This document shows positions 7,057 to 16,106 of a stretch of 40,688 bases of DNA, in pieces. A program made the translations under genes and the position numbers. The first letter of the stretch is position 1, and each line of letters begins with the position of its first letter. Origin of the DNA: a virus; the IMG/VR virus record IMGVR_UViG_3300037510_000203; one strand, written 5' to 3'. The notes below the pieces were generated by a model. That model ran no database searches. It saw only the letters and a list, made by a program, of their open reading frames with translations, and was not told the origin of the DNA.

Positions 7057-7901
7057 TGGGCCGCATCCGCACGATCAAGCCAGAATTTCCTCAATCTGAG
7101 AGCATTGGAAATCTCTCGCGAGATGCCCGACTGCTCTACATTCAGCTCTGGACGGTTGCCGACGATGCGGGGAGAACTCGCGCGGCCTCGCGAATGCTCG
7201 CGAGCCTTCTATATCCGTATGATGACGATGCCAGGACGCTCATTGATAGCTGGCTTGAGGAACTGGCGAGCGGCGGACACATAAGGCGATACGAGGTCGA
7301 CGGCTCTCAATACCTCGAAATCGTTAAGTGGTTGGAACATCAGAAGATTGATAAGCCATCTGCGTCGCGGCTTCCGGCTTTCGACGTTGGCTCGCCGATC
7401 GTTCGCGAGGCTTCGACTACGGACCTAGGACCTGGACCTAGGACCATAGACCCGGACCAAGGATCACATACGGCGGCTTCGCCGCATGCGTGTTCGCGCT
7501 TCGATGAGTTTTGGAAGGAATACCCCAAGCGAGACGGTGACAATCCGAGAAAACCGGCCGAGAAGAAATTCAATGCTCTGGTGAAAACCGGAGTGGACCC
7601 GGACGTCATCATTGCAGGCGCTCGGCAGGCCTCTGCTGCGTTCAGGTCTCGCAACGAGTACGGGACTAGGTTCGTGCCTCAGGCGATCACGTGGCTCAAC
7701 CAGCAGCGCTTCGTGGATTTTGCGGCGGCGGCCTTCGAACCACCGGAAGATCTGGATTGGCGATCGGTGTGTGAGACATTTAAGAAAATCGGTCACTGGT
7801 CGAAACATGCTGGCAATGACCCAAGTTCGCCAGGCTGCCGCTGTCCGCCAGAGATCCTTGCAGAATTTGGCTTACTTCAGCAACAGGAGACGATCCAATG
7901 A
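7056..7901 (+). CDS. Conserved phage protein, putative replication/origin-binding function
   Basis: Start MGRIRTIKPEF (TAATG overlap with the HNH stop). N-terminal RIRTIKPEF...LYIQLWTVADDAGR module recalled from prophage replication regions. C-terminal FDEFWKEYPKR motif. Function not established. Confidence 0.4.
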   Translation: MGRIRTIKPEFPQSESIGNLSRDARLLYIQLWTVADDAGRTRAASRMLASLLYPYDDDARTLIDSWLEELASGGHIRRYEVDGSQYLEIVKWLEHQKIDKPSASRLPAFDVGSPIVREASTTDLGPGPRTIDPDQGSHTAASPHACSRFDEFWKEYPKRDGDNPRKPAEKKFNALVKTGVDPDVIIAGARQASAAFRSRNEYGTRFVPQAITWLNQQRFVDFAAAAFEPPEDLDWRSVCETFKKIGHWSKHAGNDPSSPGCRCPPEILAEFGLLQQQETIQ

Positions 7902-8044
7902 CCAAGCAGAGCAGGAAGCGGACGGCAACGAAGCGCAAGATCAAATGGAAGACGATTCGAGTGTGCGATCTCTTGCCACGGTTCAAGCCCAACTTCAGCT
8001 GGCCGTTCGACAACGTGAACGCGATCATTCTGAAGGATCGGTGA
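7898..8044 (+). CDS. 48-aa basic micro-ORF
   Basis: Hand-translated MTKQSRKRTATKRKIKWKTIRVCDLLPRFKPNFSWPFDNVNAIILKDR; ATGA overlap with the upstream stop. Confidence 0.4.
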   Translation: MTKQSRKRTATKRKIKWKTIRVCDLLPRFKPNFSWPFDNVNAIILKDR

Positions 8045-8045
8045 G

Positions 8046-8219
8046 ATGGCCGTAGACATCGCCTCGCTCGTCCGCCACCTACGCAATGCCCCGCAGGAAG
8101 TTGGCACGTTCGGTCGAGGCGATCCCAATCCTCTCGATGAATACCGGGCGTTGCTGACCAATGAGGAACGCGAGTGGCTGATCCAACGGTTGAAGGACAT
8201 GGAGGAGCAGGGGCTATGA
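8046..8219 (+). CDS. 57-aa micro-ORF
   Basis: Hand-translated MAVDIASLVRHLRNAPQEVGTFGRGDPNPLDEYRALLTNEEREWLIQRLKDMEEQGL. Confidence 0.45.
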   Translation: MAVDIASLVRHLRNAPQEVGTFGRGDPNPLDEYRALLTNEEREWLIQRLKDMEEQGL

Positions 8220-8353
8220 GCGATAGCGCCCGCATTAGCTTGGCGGTCCTCGCTGGCTTCATGCTCGGAGCCTTCTTGTTTCTTGGCATAGACCACCGCA
8301 AGCCGTGCCAGATGCATCTATCGAACGTCACAATGGGGGACCAGCAGCAGTGA
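8216..8353 (+). CDS. 45-aa membrane micro-ORF
   Basis: Hand-translated MSDSARISLAVLAGFMLGAFLFLGIDHRKPCQMHLSNVTMGDQQQ; ATGA overlap upstream. Confidence 0.4.
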   Translation: MSDSARISLAVLAGFMLGAFLFLGIDHRKPCQMHLSNVTMGDQQQ

Positions 8354-8487
8354 GCAGCGAGAGCAATGTGATCAACATGAAGAGAGCTTCTCAACTGATC
8401 GAAGAGGCAAGGGAAGCCAGGGCAAAGCGTCAAGCAGAGCGTCAGGAAGACCTTATCAAGCGAGAGAAGGACGCGGAGGGGAAATGA
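8350..8487 (+). CDS. Small charged protein (about 45 aa)
   Basis: GTG at 8350 overlaps the upstream stop (GTGA); an alternative ATG is at 8377; same frame as ORF 8305..8487. Confidence 0.45.
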   Translation: MSSESNVINMKRASQLIEEAREARAKRQAERQEDLIKREKDAEGK

Positions 8488-8996
8488 AAATCCACGACAG
8501 GCGGGCGAAGGACCTTCTCAAGGCCGGAGACTATGCGGCGATCGAGGTAGACGACCCTTACGAGGCTGGCGGCAAGATCGTCACGACCCGCCAACTCCGC
8601 GGCGATCCCTTGGCTCGGCTCCACGCTCATCGGCAGATCGACGAAGCGCAGTATCATGCCGGCCGGGCTTATCAGCGCGATTGGGAAGTGGCAGAGAGGG
8701 GCGCCCAGGCGATCGATCCAACCAAAGAGGCGGTTGACGGCGGCCGCATGCCTGAACCGCTCACAGACCGCCAGGCCGGCGCCAGGAAGCGTCTGAACAG
8801 CATCCGATCCCATCTCGGCACCAGGCTCTACGGCGTGGCCCATGCCGTCCTGATCGAGGGCAGCAGCCGGGAGCAATTGGCCGGGTCTGACTCTCAGGCC
8901 ATTCTCAAGCTGCAAGGTGCGCTATTCCGAACTGCGCTCGACGAGCTCGCCGCGTTCTACCACCTCGCCGATCGACCAAAAATGTGCAGAGCCTGA
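8484..8996 (+). CDS. Putative late-gene regulator (resembles the alphaproteobacterial DUF6456-type protein, from memory)
   Basis: Last gene before the late-operon leader/terminator. GDPLARLHAHRQIDEAQYHAGRAYQRDWEVAE pattern. Function inferred from position only. Confidence 0.3.
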   Translation: MKIHDRRAKDLLKAGDYAAIEVDDPYEAGGKIVTTRQLRGDPLARLHAHRQIDEAQYHAGRAYQRDWEVAERGAQAIDPTKEAVDGGRMPEPLTDRQAGARKRLNSIRSHLGTRLYGVAHAVLIEGSSREQLAGSDSQAILKLQGALFRTALDELAAFYHLADRPKMCRA

Positions 8997-9091
8997 AAAT
9001 AGTCCTCGCGGTACCGCAAATCACCAATTATCAGTACAATTGTCCGGTCATGGCGACTTGGCACTCTCTCGATGTTTCCTCCCAAGACTTA

Positions 9092-9126
9092 GGCCGTCCT
9101 GCCACGTGTAGGGCGGCCGTTTTGTT
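9092..9126 (+). terminator. Rho-independent terminator between the early region and the late operon
   Basis: GGCCGTCC...GGGCGGCC stem (one G-U pair) followed by GTTTTGTT. Confidence 0.65.
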
Positions 9127-9194
9127 GGTGCAATCATGAGCGATGCGACCGTTTACCAACGCCTCAACTTCGGTCCGGAGCTGCCGTAACCAAT

Positions 9195-9695
9195 ATGCCA
9201 GAAATCGTCACCATTCGAGCAGCTGAGGCCGCTGGCCTGAAGCATTACTATACCGGGAAGCCGTGCCGTAATGGGCATGTTGCCCCGAGATATGTCTCCA
9301 CATGGCGCTGCGTCACGTGCACGGTTGATCGCGTCATAAACTGGCAGATCAAAAACCCTGGCAAGAAGAAGGCGAAACAAGCCCGGTATGAAGCCAAGAA
9401 GCCGGCGTCGCGTAAGCTCGAGGAATCCAGGCGCGACCATATGACGGAGCGCCAGCGTCGCGAAAAGCGGCTCGCTGAAATTGCGGGCCGGCCACGACCT
9501 TTAGTGTGCGATATCTGTAAGGACCCGAACTCTCGGCGCGGTGATGTCATTGCCTTCGATCACTGCCATAAGCACGGTCATTTCCGTGGATGGCTTTGCG
9601 ACCGCTGCAATACTACGCTTGGCGCGGTCGGAGATAATCCAGAACTGCTCAGGAACATGGCCGATTATCTCGAAAAAACGATGCTGAAACAATGA
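9195..9695 (+). CDS. Endonuclease VII-family (HNH-type) nuclease next to the terminase genes
   Basis: CDICKD...IAFDHCHKHGHFRGWLCDRCNTTLGAVGDNPELLRNMADYL matches the Endonuclease_7 pattern. Confidence 0.85.
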   Translation: MPEIVTIRAAEAAGLKHYYTGKPCRNGHVAPRYVSTWRCVTCTVDRVINWQIKNPGKKKAKQARYEAKKPASRKLEESRRDHMTERQRREKRLAEIAGRPRPLVCDICKDPNSRRGDVIAFDHCHKHGHFRGWLCDRCNTTLGAVGDNPELLRNMADYLEKTMLKQ

Positions 9696-10006
9696 CGGTG
9701 AAGCGGGGAAGATTACCAGGGTTTGTGATGTCGTCCGAACATCGGACTAAAATCGGAAACTCCCAAATCCTCAAATGTTTGATTGAGCACGCCGAGGGCA
9801 AGCGTGACATGTCGGCAACGCAGGTTTCAGCGGGGCTTGGGCTTCTGCGGAAGATACTTCCTGACCTCGCTGCGGCGGCCGATGTTGGCGAGTCCGGCGA
9901 ACTCAAGCCAGTGAGCAAGATGTCCGATGATGAGCTTGAAGCCATCGCGGCAGGCCGCGGCAATGGAGCTTCTGCGCCGCCGTCGAGCGCGCGCCAACTT
10001 AATTGA
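9692..10006 (+). CDS. terS: Putative terminase small subunit
   Basis: Position immediately upstream of and overlapping terL; 104 aa. No diagnostic motif seen. Confidence 0.45.
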   Translation: MTVKRGRLPGFVMSSEHRTKIGNSQILKCLIEHAEGKRDMSATQVSAGLGLLRKILPDLAAAADVGESGELKPVSKMSDDELEAIAAGRGNGASAPPSSARQLN

Positions 10007-11483
10007 TTACGCCCGCTATATCGAGGTGCCTGGTGCGCCTCTGACCGAGCTTGAGGATGAGGAGAACTTCAAGCCGGTCGAGACTGTTATCGCCCAACAC
10101 CATGAGCTGATCCTCGCCGCAACACAGCGATGCATCAAGCGCAAGAGCGGCCGGTCTATGCTGTTCTTGCCACCTGGAAGCGCAAAATCGACCTATGCGA
10201 CCGTTGTCGCACCGACATGGGCGATGGGCGAAACGCCAGAGTTCAAGGTGATAGGCGTCAGTTATGGCTCGGATTTGGCGCGTAAGTTCGGCCGGCGCAT
10301 GCGCTCAATCGTGCGGCAGCGGGCCTATTCAGCTCTATTCAATACCGCGTTGAGTTCGGAAAGCAGCGCGGCTGATGAATGGGCGCTGGAGAACGGGTCG
10401 GAATATATGGGCGGCGGCATATTGTCGGGTATTACTGGCAATCGTGCTGATTTCATCCCGATCGATGATCCGATCAAAGGACGGCAGGAAGCGGATTCGG
10501 AAGTAACTCGAAAGCGCACTTATGAGGCCTATCAGGATGATGTGCTGACCCGATTGAAGCCGGGCGGCTCGGTGATGTTGACGCAAACTCGATGGCAAGA
10601 AGACGATCTTGCCGGCTCGATTCTGCCATCTGGCTACGCAGGTCAGAGCGGCATGATTGAGTGTCGAGATGGCGAAACATGGGAGGTGATTTGCATCCCG
10701 GCTCAAGCAGAGCGCGCAGACGATCCACTAGGGCGTCCGATTGGCGGCTATCTGTGGCCCGAATGGTTCCCAGAGGAGCATTGGAAGCCGTTTAAGCGAG
10801 TGCCCCGAACATGGTCGGCGCTGTACCAACAAAGACCGTCACCCGAGGAAGGAGACTTCTTCAAGGCTGACTGGCTTCGTCCATATGAGAAGGTGCCAGC
10901 AAGAGACACTCTTCGGGTCTATGGCGGAAGCGATTACGCGGTCAGTTCAGGAATGGGCGATTACACCGTTCATGCCGTGGTTGGCCTCGATCCGGAAGGG
11001 CGGATGTATCTGCTGGATCTTTGGCGCAAGCAGGCCGCCTCAGACGTATGGGTTGAGGCCTTCTGCGACCTCGTCAAGCAATGGAAGCCGATTGGCTGGG
11101 CTGAGGAGCAGGGTCAGATCAGGGCAGGCATCGGGCCCTATCTCGATCGCCGGCAGCGCGAACGACAGGCCTATGTGGTGCGGGACATGTTCCCGACGCG
11201 GGGCGACAAGGCGGTTCGGGCTCAGTCAATCCGGGGGCGTATGGCGCTTGATGGGCTTTATGTTCCGATTCATGCGCCGTGGATGGCTGATTTGCGTTCA
11301 GAGTTGCTGAGCTTCCCAGCTGGCAAGCATGATGACCAGGTTGATGCGCTAGGCCTTATTGGTCAGTTGCTGGACAAGATGATCAAGGGCGCTCAACCGC
11401 TCAAACAGGACGCTAAGCTACCGAGTAGCGGATACCGCAGTGTAGGCGAGCACGTGACAGGCGCCGATCCGCTGACGATCTAA
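9927..11483 (+). CDS. terL: Terminase large subunit
   Basis: Walker A-like LPPGSAKST; C-terminal nuclease region ending HDDQVDALGL. Start 9927 or 9963; either way it overlaps terS by 44-80 nt. Confidence 0.9.
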   Translation: MMSLKPSRQAAAMELLRRRRARANLIDYARYIEVPGAPLTELEDEENFKPVETVIAQHHELILAATQRCIKRKSGRSMLFLPPGSAKSTYATVVAPTWAMGETPEFKVIGVSYGSDLARKFGRRMRSIVRQRAYSALFNTALSSESSAADEWALENGSEYMGGGILSGITGNRADFIPIDDPIKGRQEADSEVTRKRTYEAYQDDVLTRLKPGGSVMLTQTRWQEDDLAGSILPSGYAGQSGMIECRDGETWEVICIPAQAERADDPLGRPIGGYLWPEWFPEEHWKPFKRVPRTWSALYQQRPSPEEGDFFKADWLRPYEKVPARDTLRVYGGSDYAVSSGMGDYTVHAVVGLDPEGRMYLLDLWRKQAASDVWVEAFCDLVKQWKPIGWAEEQGQIRAGIGPYLDRRQRERQAYVVRDMFPTRGDKAVRAQSIRGRMALDGLYVPIHAPWMADLRSELLSFPAGKHDDQVDALGLIGQLLDKMIKGAQPLKQDAKLPSSGYRSVGEHVTGADPLTI

Positions 11484-11492
11484 AAGGATAAC

Positions 11493-13466
11493 ATGGCCGT
11501 TTCACCCGACCTCGACCAGCAAGCCCAGATCGTGGCGGCCGAAGGTGGGTCTCCGGCTGAGCCCGTCTTGAGCGAGCCTGATGTTGCAAAGCTCCGGGCG
11601 CAGTTTGAGAGCTACGCGACGGCGAAGGCTGACGAGATCGAGGAGCAGCGGCTTTCCTGGCGGTATTATTACGCGATCCAGTTCACGGAAAAGCAGCTCA
11701 AGGTTTACGAGAAGCGCGGGCAGCCAGCTATCACGTTCGATCGGGTCGGGCGAAAGATTGACGGGCTAGTTGGCGTTGTCCGGAAGCTGCGAACCGACCC
11801 GAAGGCATTTCCCCGCACGCAGAACCAGGATGAGGGCGCCGAGGTTGCAACCCAGACCATTCGGACCATCATTGACGGTGCCAAGTTCGAGGACATCGAA
11901 TCCGAGCAGGCGCTGAATGCCGCGGTGCACGGAATTGCGGTTGCGGCGCAGACGCTGATAGCGGGCGATCACGGCGATCCTGATGTGAGTTGGGAAGGAC
12001 AGGACCCGAGGACGTTTTTCTATCAGCCTCGGTCAGTCAAACCGGACTTCAGCGATGCGCGCTTCATGGGAACCTATAAATGGGCCGATGAGGATGAAAT
12101 CTTGGAGATCGCGCCTGGTGCGAAGGACAAGCTGAGCGGCGCCGACGACGGCAGCATTTATACCGCGTTCGACAATGACCGCGAAATCCTGTGGCGTGAC
12201 GAGCAGAAGCGCTATCGGCTGGTCGATCATTGGTGGATCGAGAACGGAACGTGGCGCTGGTGCCTGCATGTCGGCAATATCGTGCTGCAGCATGGCGAAA
12301 CACCGTTCTTCAACGATCGTAAGCAGCCCTTGTGCAAATACAAGGCGTTTGCCTGCTTCATTGACCAGGATGGTATTCATATCGGCTTCATCCGGCGGCT
12401 GAAAGGCCCGCAGGACGCTATGAACCAGCATCGCTCCAAGGCGCTGCACATCATGAACACGCGTCAGTTGAAGATCCGCAAGGGCGTTGCGGACGAGATG
12501 GGCGGCATGGAGCGGGTCAGGAAGGAAGCAGCGCGGCCGGATGGCGTGCTGGAGTATCCCAACTCTCCGGAAGATATCGAGATCATCCAGCCGCAGCAGG
12601 AGTTCCTGCAGCAGACGCAGTATTACGAGGATGCGAAGCAGGAGATCGAGACGTTCGGCCCGAACCAGGCTTTGCTTGGCGATCTCGGGCAGGGTGCATC
12701 AGGCCGCGCCTATGCCATGGCGCAGCAGGCAGGTTTGGCCGAGCTCGGGCCATTCCTGAAGAACCTGAGGATGTGGAAGCTGTCGATCTATGAGGCTTCG
12801 TGGTGGGCGGCTCAGAAGTATTGGACGGCCGAGCGCTTCATCAGGGTGACGGATGACCAGGGCCTGGCGCAGTTCATGCAGGTAAATGGTCTCACCCTTC
12901 ATCCTCAGACACTGCAGCCGACGCTGGTGAACGCGCTCGGCTCGATCAATGTGGATATCCTGATCGACGAGGGTCCGCATACCGAGACGGTGATGGGTGA
13001 CGTCTACGACACGCTGATGGCATTGGCGCAGAACAAGGTGCCGATCCCGCCGGCTGTGATCATCGAGACGTCCAGCCTGCCTGGCAGCACGAAGAAGAAG
13101 CTGACCAGCATGCTCAACCAGCCCGATCCGGCCAAGGAAGCGGCTCAGAAGCTCGAACTCGAAGGCAAGGACGCCGAGAACAAGAAGACGCAGTCCGAGA
13201 CGATCAAGAACCTTGCCGACGCGCGCGCCAGCGGCATGCCGGATCAGCAGCAGCCACAGGGCGGCGAGCAAGAAGTTCCGATGGCCGTGCAGGTCGAGGA
13301 AAAGCTTGCCGGGATCCGGGACAAGAATGCCGCGGCGGCGCACAAGATCGCTCAGGCTAAGAAGGTCGAGGTCGAGACGGCCATGGCGCCGGTGCAGTTC
13401 ATGCACGATGTGATTTCGAGCCAACGGGACCGGGCAGCGCAAGCCGCTCGGCCGCCGGCTCAATAG
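11493..13466 (+). CDS. Portal protein
   Basis: 657 aa, directly after terL, with an acidic/basic C-terminal tail; gene order. Confidence 0.85.
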   Translation: MAVSPDLDQQAQIVAAEGGSPAEPVLSEPDVAKLRAQFESYATAKADEIEEQRLSWRYYYAIQFTEKQLKVYEKRGQPAITFDRVGRKIDGLVGVVRKLRTDPKAFPRTQNQDEGAEVATQTIRTIIDGAKFEDIESEQALNAAVHGIAVAAQTLIAGDHGDPDVSWEGQDPRTFFYQPRSVKPDFSDARFMGTYKWADEDEILEIAPGAKDKLSGADDGSIYTAFDNDREILWRDEQKRYRLVDHWWIENGTWRWCLHVGNIVLQHGETPFFNDRKQPLCKYKAFACFIDQDGIHIGFIRRLKGPQDAMNQHRSKALHIMNTRQLKIRKGVADEMGGMERVRKEAARPDGVLEYPNSPEDIEIIQPQQEFLQQTQYYEDAKQEIETFGPNQALLGDLGQGASGRAYAMAQQAGLAELGPFLKNLRMWKLSIYEASWWAAQKYWTAERFIRVTDDQGLAQFMQVNGLTLHPQTLQPTLVNALGSINVDILIDEGPHTETVMGDVYDTLMALAQNKVPIPPAVIIETSSLPGSTKKKLTSMLNQPDPAKEAAQKLELEGKDAENKKTQSETIKNLADARASGMPDQQQPQGGEQEVPMAVQVEEKLAGIRDKNAAAAHKIAQAKKVEVETAMAPVQFMHDVISSQRDRAAQAARPPAQ

Positions 13467-13592
13467 CTCGTCCGCTCCACGATACGGGGCAAGGGCTGCT
13501 CTGGCCTTGATAGAGCCCGTTTGCTTCTGACGACACAGAAGCCACGCACGCTTGCCGCGATAGGCGAGTCACGCATGCGAACGCGATAGTTC

Positions 13593-14423
13593 GTGGAGAC
13601 GAAAATGAGCGATATGGATAACGACGCCCTCGCGGGCGCCGACGACGCGACGCTGTTCAATGACGCTGTTTCTGGTCCGGCTGTTGTTCCGGAGCCGGAA
13701 GTCATCGCGCCTGTTGCTCCGGTTGAGCCGCAGACGCCTCCAACCCAGCAGACCGAGCCGGCAATCCCGCCGGGCGTGCTGCGTGAGGAGAAGGAGGCGA
13801 GACGCGCCGCAGAACGTCGTGCGCAGGAGCTGGAAGCGCGGCTTGACGCGTTCATGCGTCAGCAGCAGCCAAAGCAAGAGCCGCGTCAGAAGCCTGACAT
13901 GTTCGAAAATCCCTCTGCATTCGTGCAGGAGGAGGTTTCGCCTCATCTGAGCCAACTCCAGGCCGAGCTTGTCCGAACCAGGGAAACCTATTCCCAACTG
14001 TTCGCCGAGCAGAAGCATGGAGCCGAGAAGGTCCAAGCTGCGTTCAACTGGATCAAGGACGGACTCGCCCAGCGGGATCCTGAGATCATCCAGACCTACC
14101 AGCGCGCCATGCAGACCGCCAACCCGTATGACGTGATCACGCGGGCGCATCTGCAGCGGCAGACCATCTCAGAGATCGGCGACGATCTACCGGGCTACCG
14201 GAATCGCGTCCTTGAGGAGGCGATGAAGGACCCGGCATTTCAGGCCAAGGTGATCGAAGCCACGCGTCAGCAGGCCCAGCAATCGGGCCAGACCATCGCT
14301 CGTCCAGTTTCCTCTCTGCCATCCATCACCAAGGTCGGCGCCGCCGCACTGCCTTCAGGGCAGGAAGCGGAAATGTCGGATGCCGAGCTTTTCGCCGCAG
14401 CTACTCGCCGAAAACGTGGATAG
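13593..14423 (+). CDS. Putative scaffolding protein
   Basis: Lies between portal and major capsid; helical, E/Q/R-rich. Start may be 13605 (MSDMDND). Confidence 0.6.
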   Translation: METKMSDMDNDALAGADDATLFNDAVSGPAVVPEPEVIAPVAPVEPQTPPTQQTEPAIPPGVLREEKEARRAAERRAQELEARLDAFMRQQQPKQEPRQKPDMFENPSAFVQEEVSPHLSQLQAELVRTRETYSQLFAEQKHGAEKVQAAFNWIKDGLAQRDPEIIQTYQRAMQTANPYDVITRAHLQRQTISEIGDDLPGYRNRVLEEAMKDPAFQAKVIEATRQQAQQSGQTIARPVSSLPSITKVGAAALPSGQEAEMSDAELFAAATRRKRG

Positions 14424-14448
14424 ACCGTTTCGGCCGGAGGATTGAGCT

Positions 14449-15657
14449 ATGCTCACGACCAATCACGTCAATAACGAAATCATCAAATTCCGCAAGCAAG
14501 TCATCTATGACTTCCTGCGCTCTACCCGTCTCGATCCTTTCATGGGCGACTCCTCGACCATGCCGATCGTCCGGCTGTCCGACCTCGCGGCGGATGGCAA
14601 GCAGATCAACGTTCCTCTCGTTACCCAGCTCAGCGGTGCTGGCGTTGGTGCTGGCCAGCTGGTCGGCAATGAAGAGCAGATCGACAGCTACGGCTACCCG
14701 CTGTGGGCTGATTGGGCTCGCAACGCGGTTGCCAACAACCGTGCGGTGAACAAGGAATCGAGCTTTTCGGTTCGCTCGACGGCACGCGAGTTGCTTCGCG
14801 GCTGGTCCAAGCGCATCGTGCGGGATGATCTGGTCGATGCGCTGCTCTCGATCCCGACCGCCTCGATCCAGTCCGGCCGCCTCGGCACGCCTGGCAACCG
14901 GGTGAACGGCATCAAGTGGGCCAACGCGACCGCAGGCCAGAAGAACTCCTGGCTGGCTGCGAACTATGACCGCGTCGTGTTCGGCTCTGTCCTTGCCAAC
15001 GGCGTCAGCAACGTGTTTGCGACCGCAGCGCTGCTGGTCGACTCGACCAACGACAAGATGACCGCGGCTGTCGGCTCGCTGATGAAGGCGCAGGCGATGC
15101 AGTCCGGCGTCGACCCGAACAACCCAGGTTCATACAACGGCCGTCCGAAGATCAGCCCGTGGATGATCCAGGACAGCGAGTATGCCAACGATCAGGAATG
15201 GTATCTCTGCCTGTGCGGCAGCCGTGCCTTCCGCGATCTGAAGGCTGACCCGGTCATGTACCAGGCCAACCGCGACGCGCGCGAGCGTGAGAGCAATCCG
15301 ACGAAGAATAACCCCATCTTCACCGGTGGCGGCATGATCTTTGACGGCATCTACTACCTGGAGATTCCGGAAATCACCCAGCGCCTGCTGCTCAAGGGCA
15401 TCGGCACTGCCGGTATCGACGTCGAGCCGGTGTTCCTGCTCGGTCAGGCAGCGTTGGCCTACGTTATGGGCCAGATGCCGCGCCCGACTCAGCGCAAGGA
15501 AGACGACTACGACTTCATCACCGGTCTCGGCATCGAGGCTCAGTATGGCGTTGGTAAGCTCGCCAAGGCCCCGCTGACCACCTCCGGCGCCACCGTGGGC
15601 GATCTCGTCGACTTCGGCATGGTGACCGGCTTCGTTTCCGGCGTCGCGAACGCCTAA
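14449..15657 (+). CDS. Major capsid protein (N4-gp56/DUF4043-like, as recalled)
   Basis: 402 aa. N-terminal GKQINVPLVTQLSGAGVGAGQLVGNEEQIDSYGYPLWADWARNAV pattern; position after the scaffold gene. Confidence 0.8.
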   Translation: MLTTNHVNNEIIKFRKQVIYDFLRSTRLDPFMGDSSTMPIVRLSDLAADGKQINVPLVTQLSGAGVGAGQLVGNEEQIDSYGYPLWADWARNAVANNRAVNKESSFSVRSTARELLRGWSKRIVRDDLVDALLSIPTASIQSGRLGTPGNRVNGIKWANATAGQKNSWLAANYDRVVFGSVLANGVSNVFATAALLVDSTNDKMTAAVGSLMKAQAMQSGVDPNNPGSYNGRPKISPWMIQDSEYANDQEWYLCLCGSRAFRDLKADPVMYQANRDARERESNPTKNNPIFTGGGMIFDGIYYLEIPEITQRLLLKGIGTAGIDVEPVFLLGQAALAYVMGQMPRPTQRKEDDYDFITGLGIEAQYGVGKLAKAPLTTSGATVGDLVDFGMVTGFVSGVANA

Positions 15658-15678
15658 CCCCAATAAGGAGAAAACAAA

Positions 15679-16095
15679 ATGGCTTATCGTAAGGATTGGG
15701 GCCAGCCTCAGGCTGGTGGGTACGGCGGCGCGCGCGCCATGAAAACCATGGGTCGCACCACGACCATTACGGTCGCAGACAACGTTACCGCCAATACGAT
15801 CGGTGCCTTCATGGTGCCGGCCGGCTTCACGGTGACGAGCATTCTCGGGTCTGCAACCGATATGGACAGCGGCGCGGCGATGGCGATCACGATCGGCGAT
15901 GCGGCAAGCGCCAATAGGCTTGTCGCAAGCTTCACCACGCAGGCTGCCGTCACATCCCTGACGCTGGCTGCGACCGGCCTTCTCTATCAGTACCCGGCCG
16001 ATACGGAAATCCTGATCACGATTGGCACGCAGGCCGCGACGCCAGTCGCCGGCACCGTGACGATCTTCCTCATCGGCTTCATGCAGACCCCGTAA
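15679..16095 (+). CDS. Head-associated protein (possible decoration protein)
   Basis: 138 aa, beta-rich; follows the capsid gene with a good RBS (AAGGAGAA). Confidence 0.5.
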   Translation: MAYRKDWGQPQAGGYGGARAMKTMGRTTTITVADNVTANTIGAFMVPAGFTVTSILGSATDMDSGAAMAITIGDAASANRLVASFTTQAAVTSLTLAATGLLYQYPADTEILITIGTQAATPVAGTVTIFLIGFMQTP

Positions 16096-16106
16096 GGAGC
16101 ACGCAC

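Noticed and set aside
9927-10006. 44-80-nt overlap of terS and terL as a programmed frameshift
   Set aside because: No slippery heptamer was seen. Both frames have their own plausible starts. Long terS/terL overlaps occur in phages without recoding.
13467-13592. Portal-scaffold intergenic region as a terminator or regulatory element
   Set aside because: It holds only a weak 5-bp stem (GGGCT/AGCCC) with a short GTTTGCTT tail and a duplicated CGCGATAG 8-mer. This is not distinctive enough to call.
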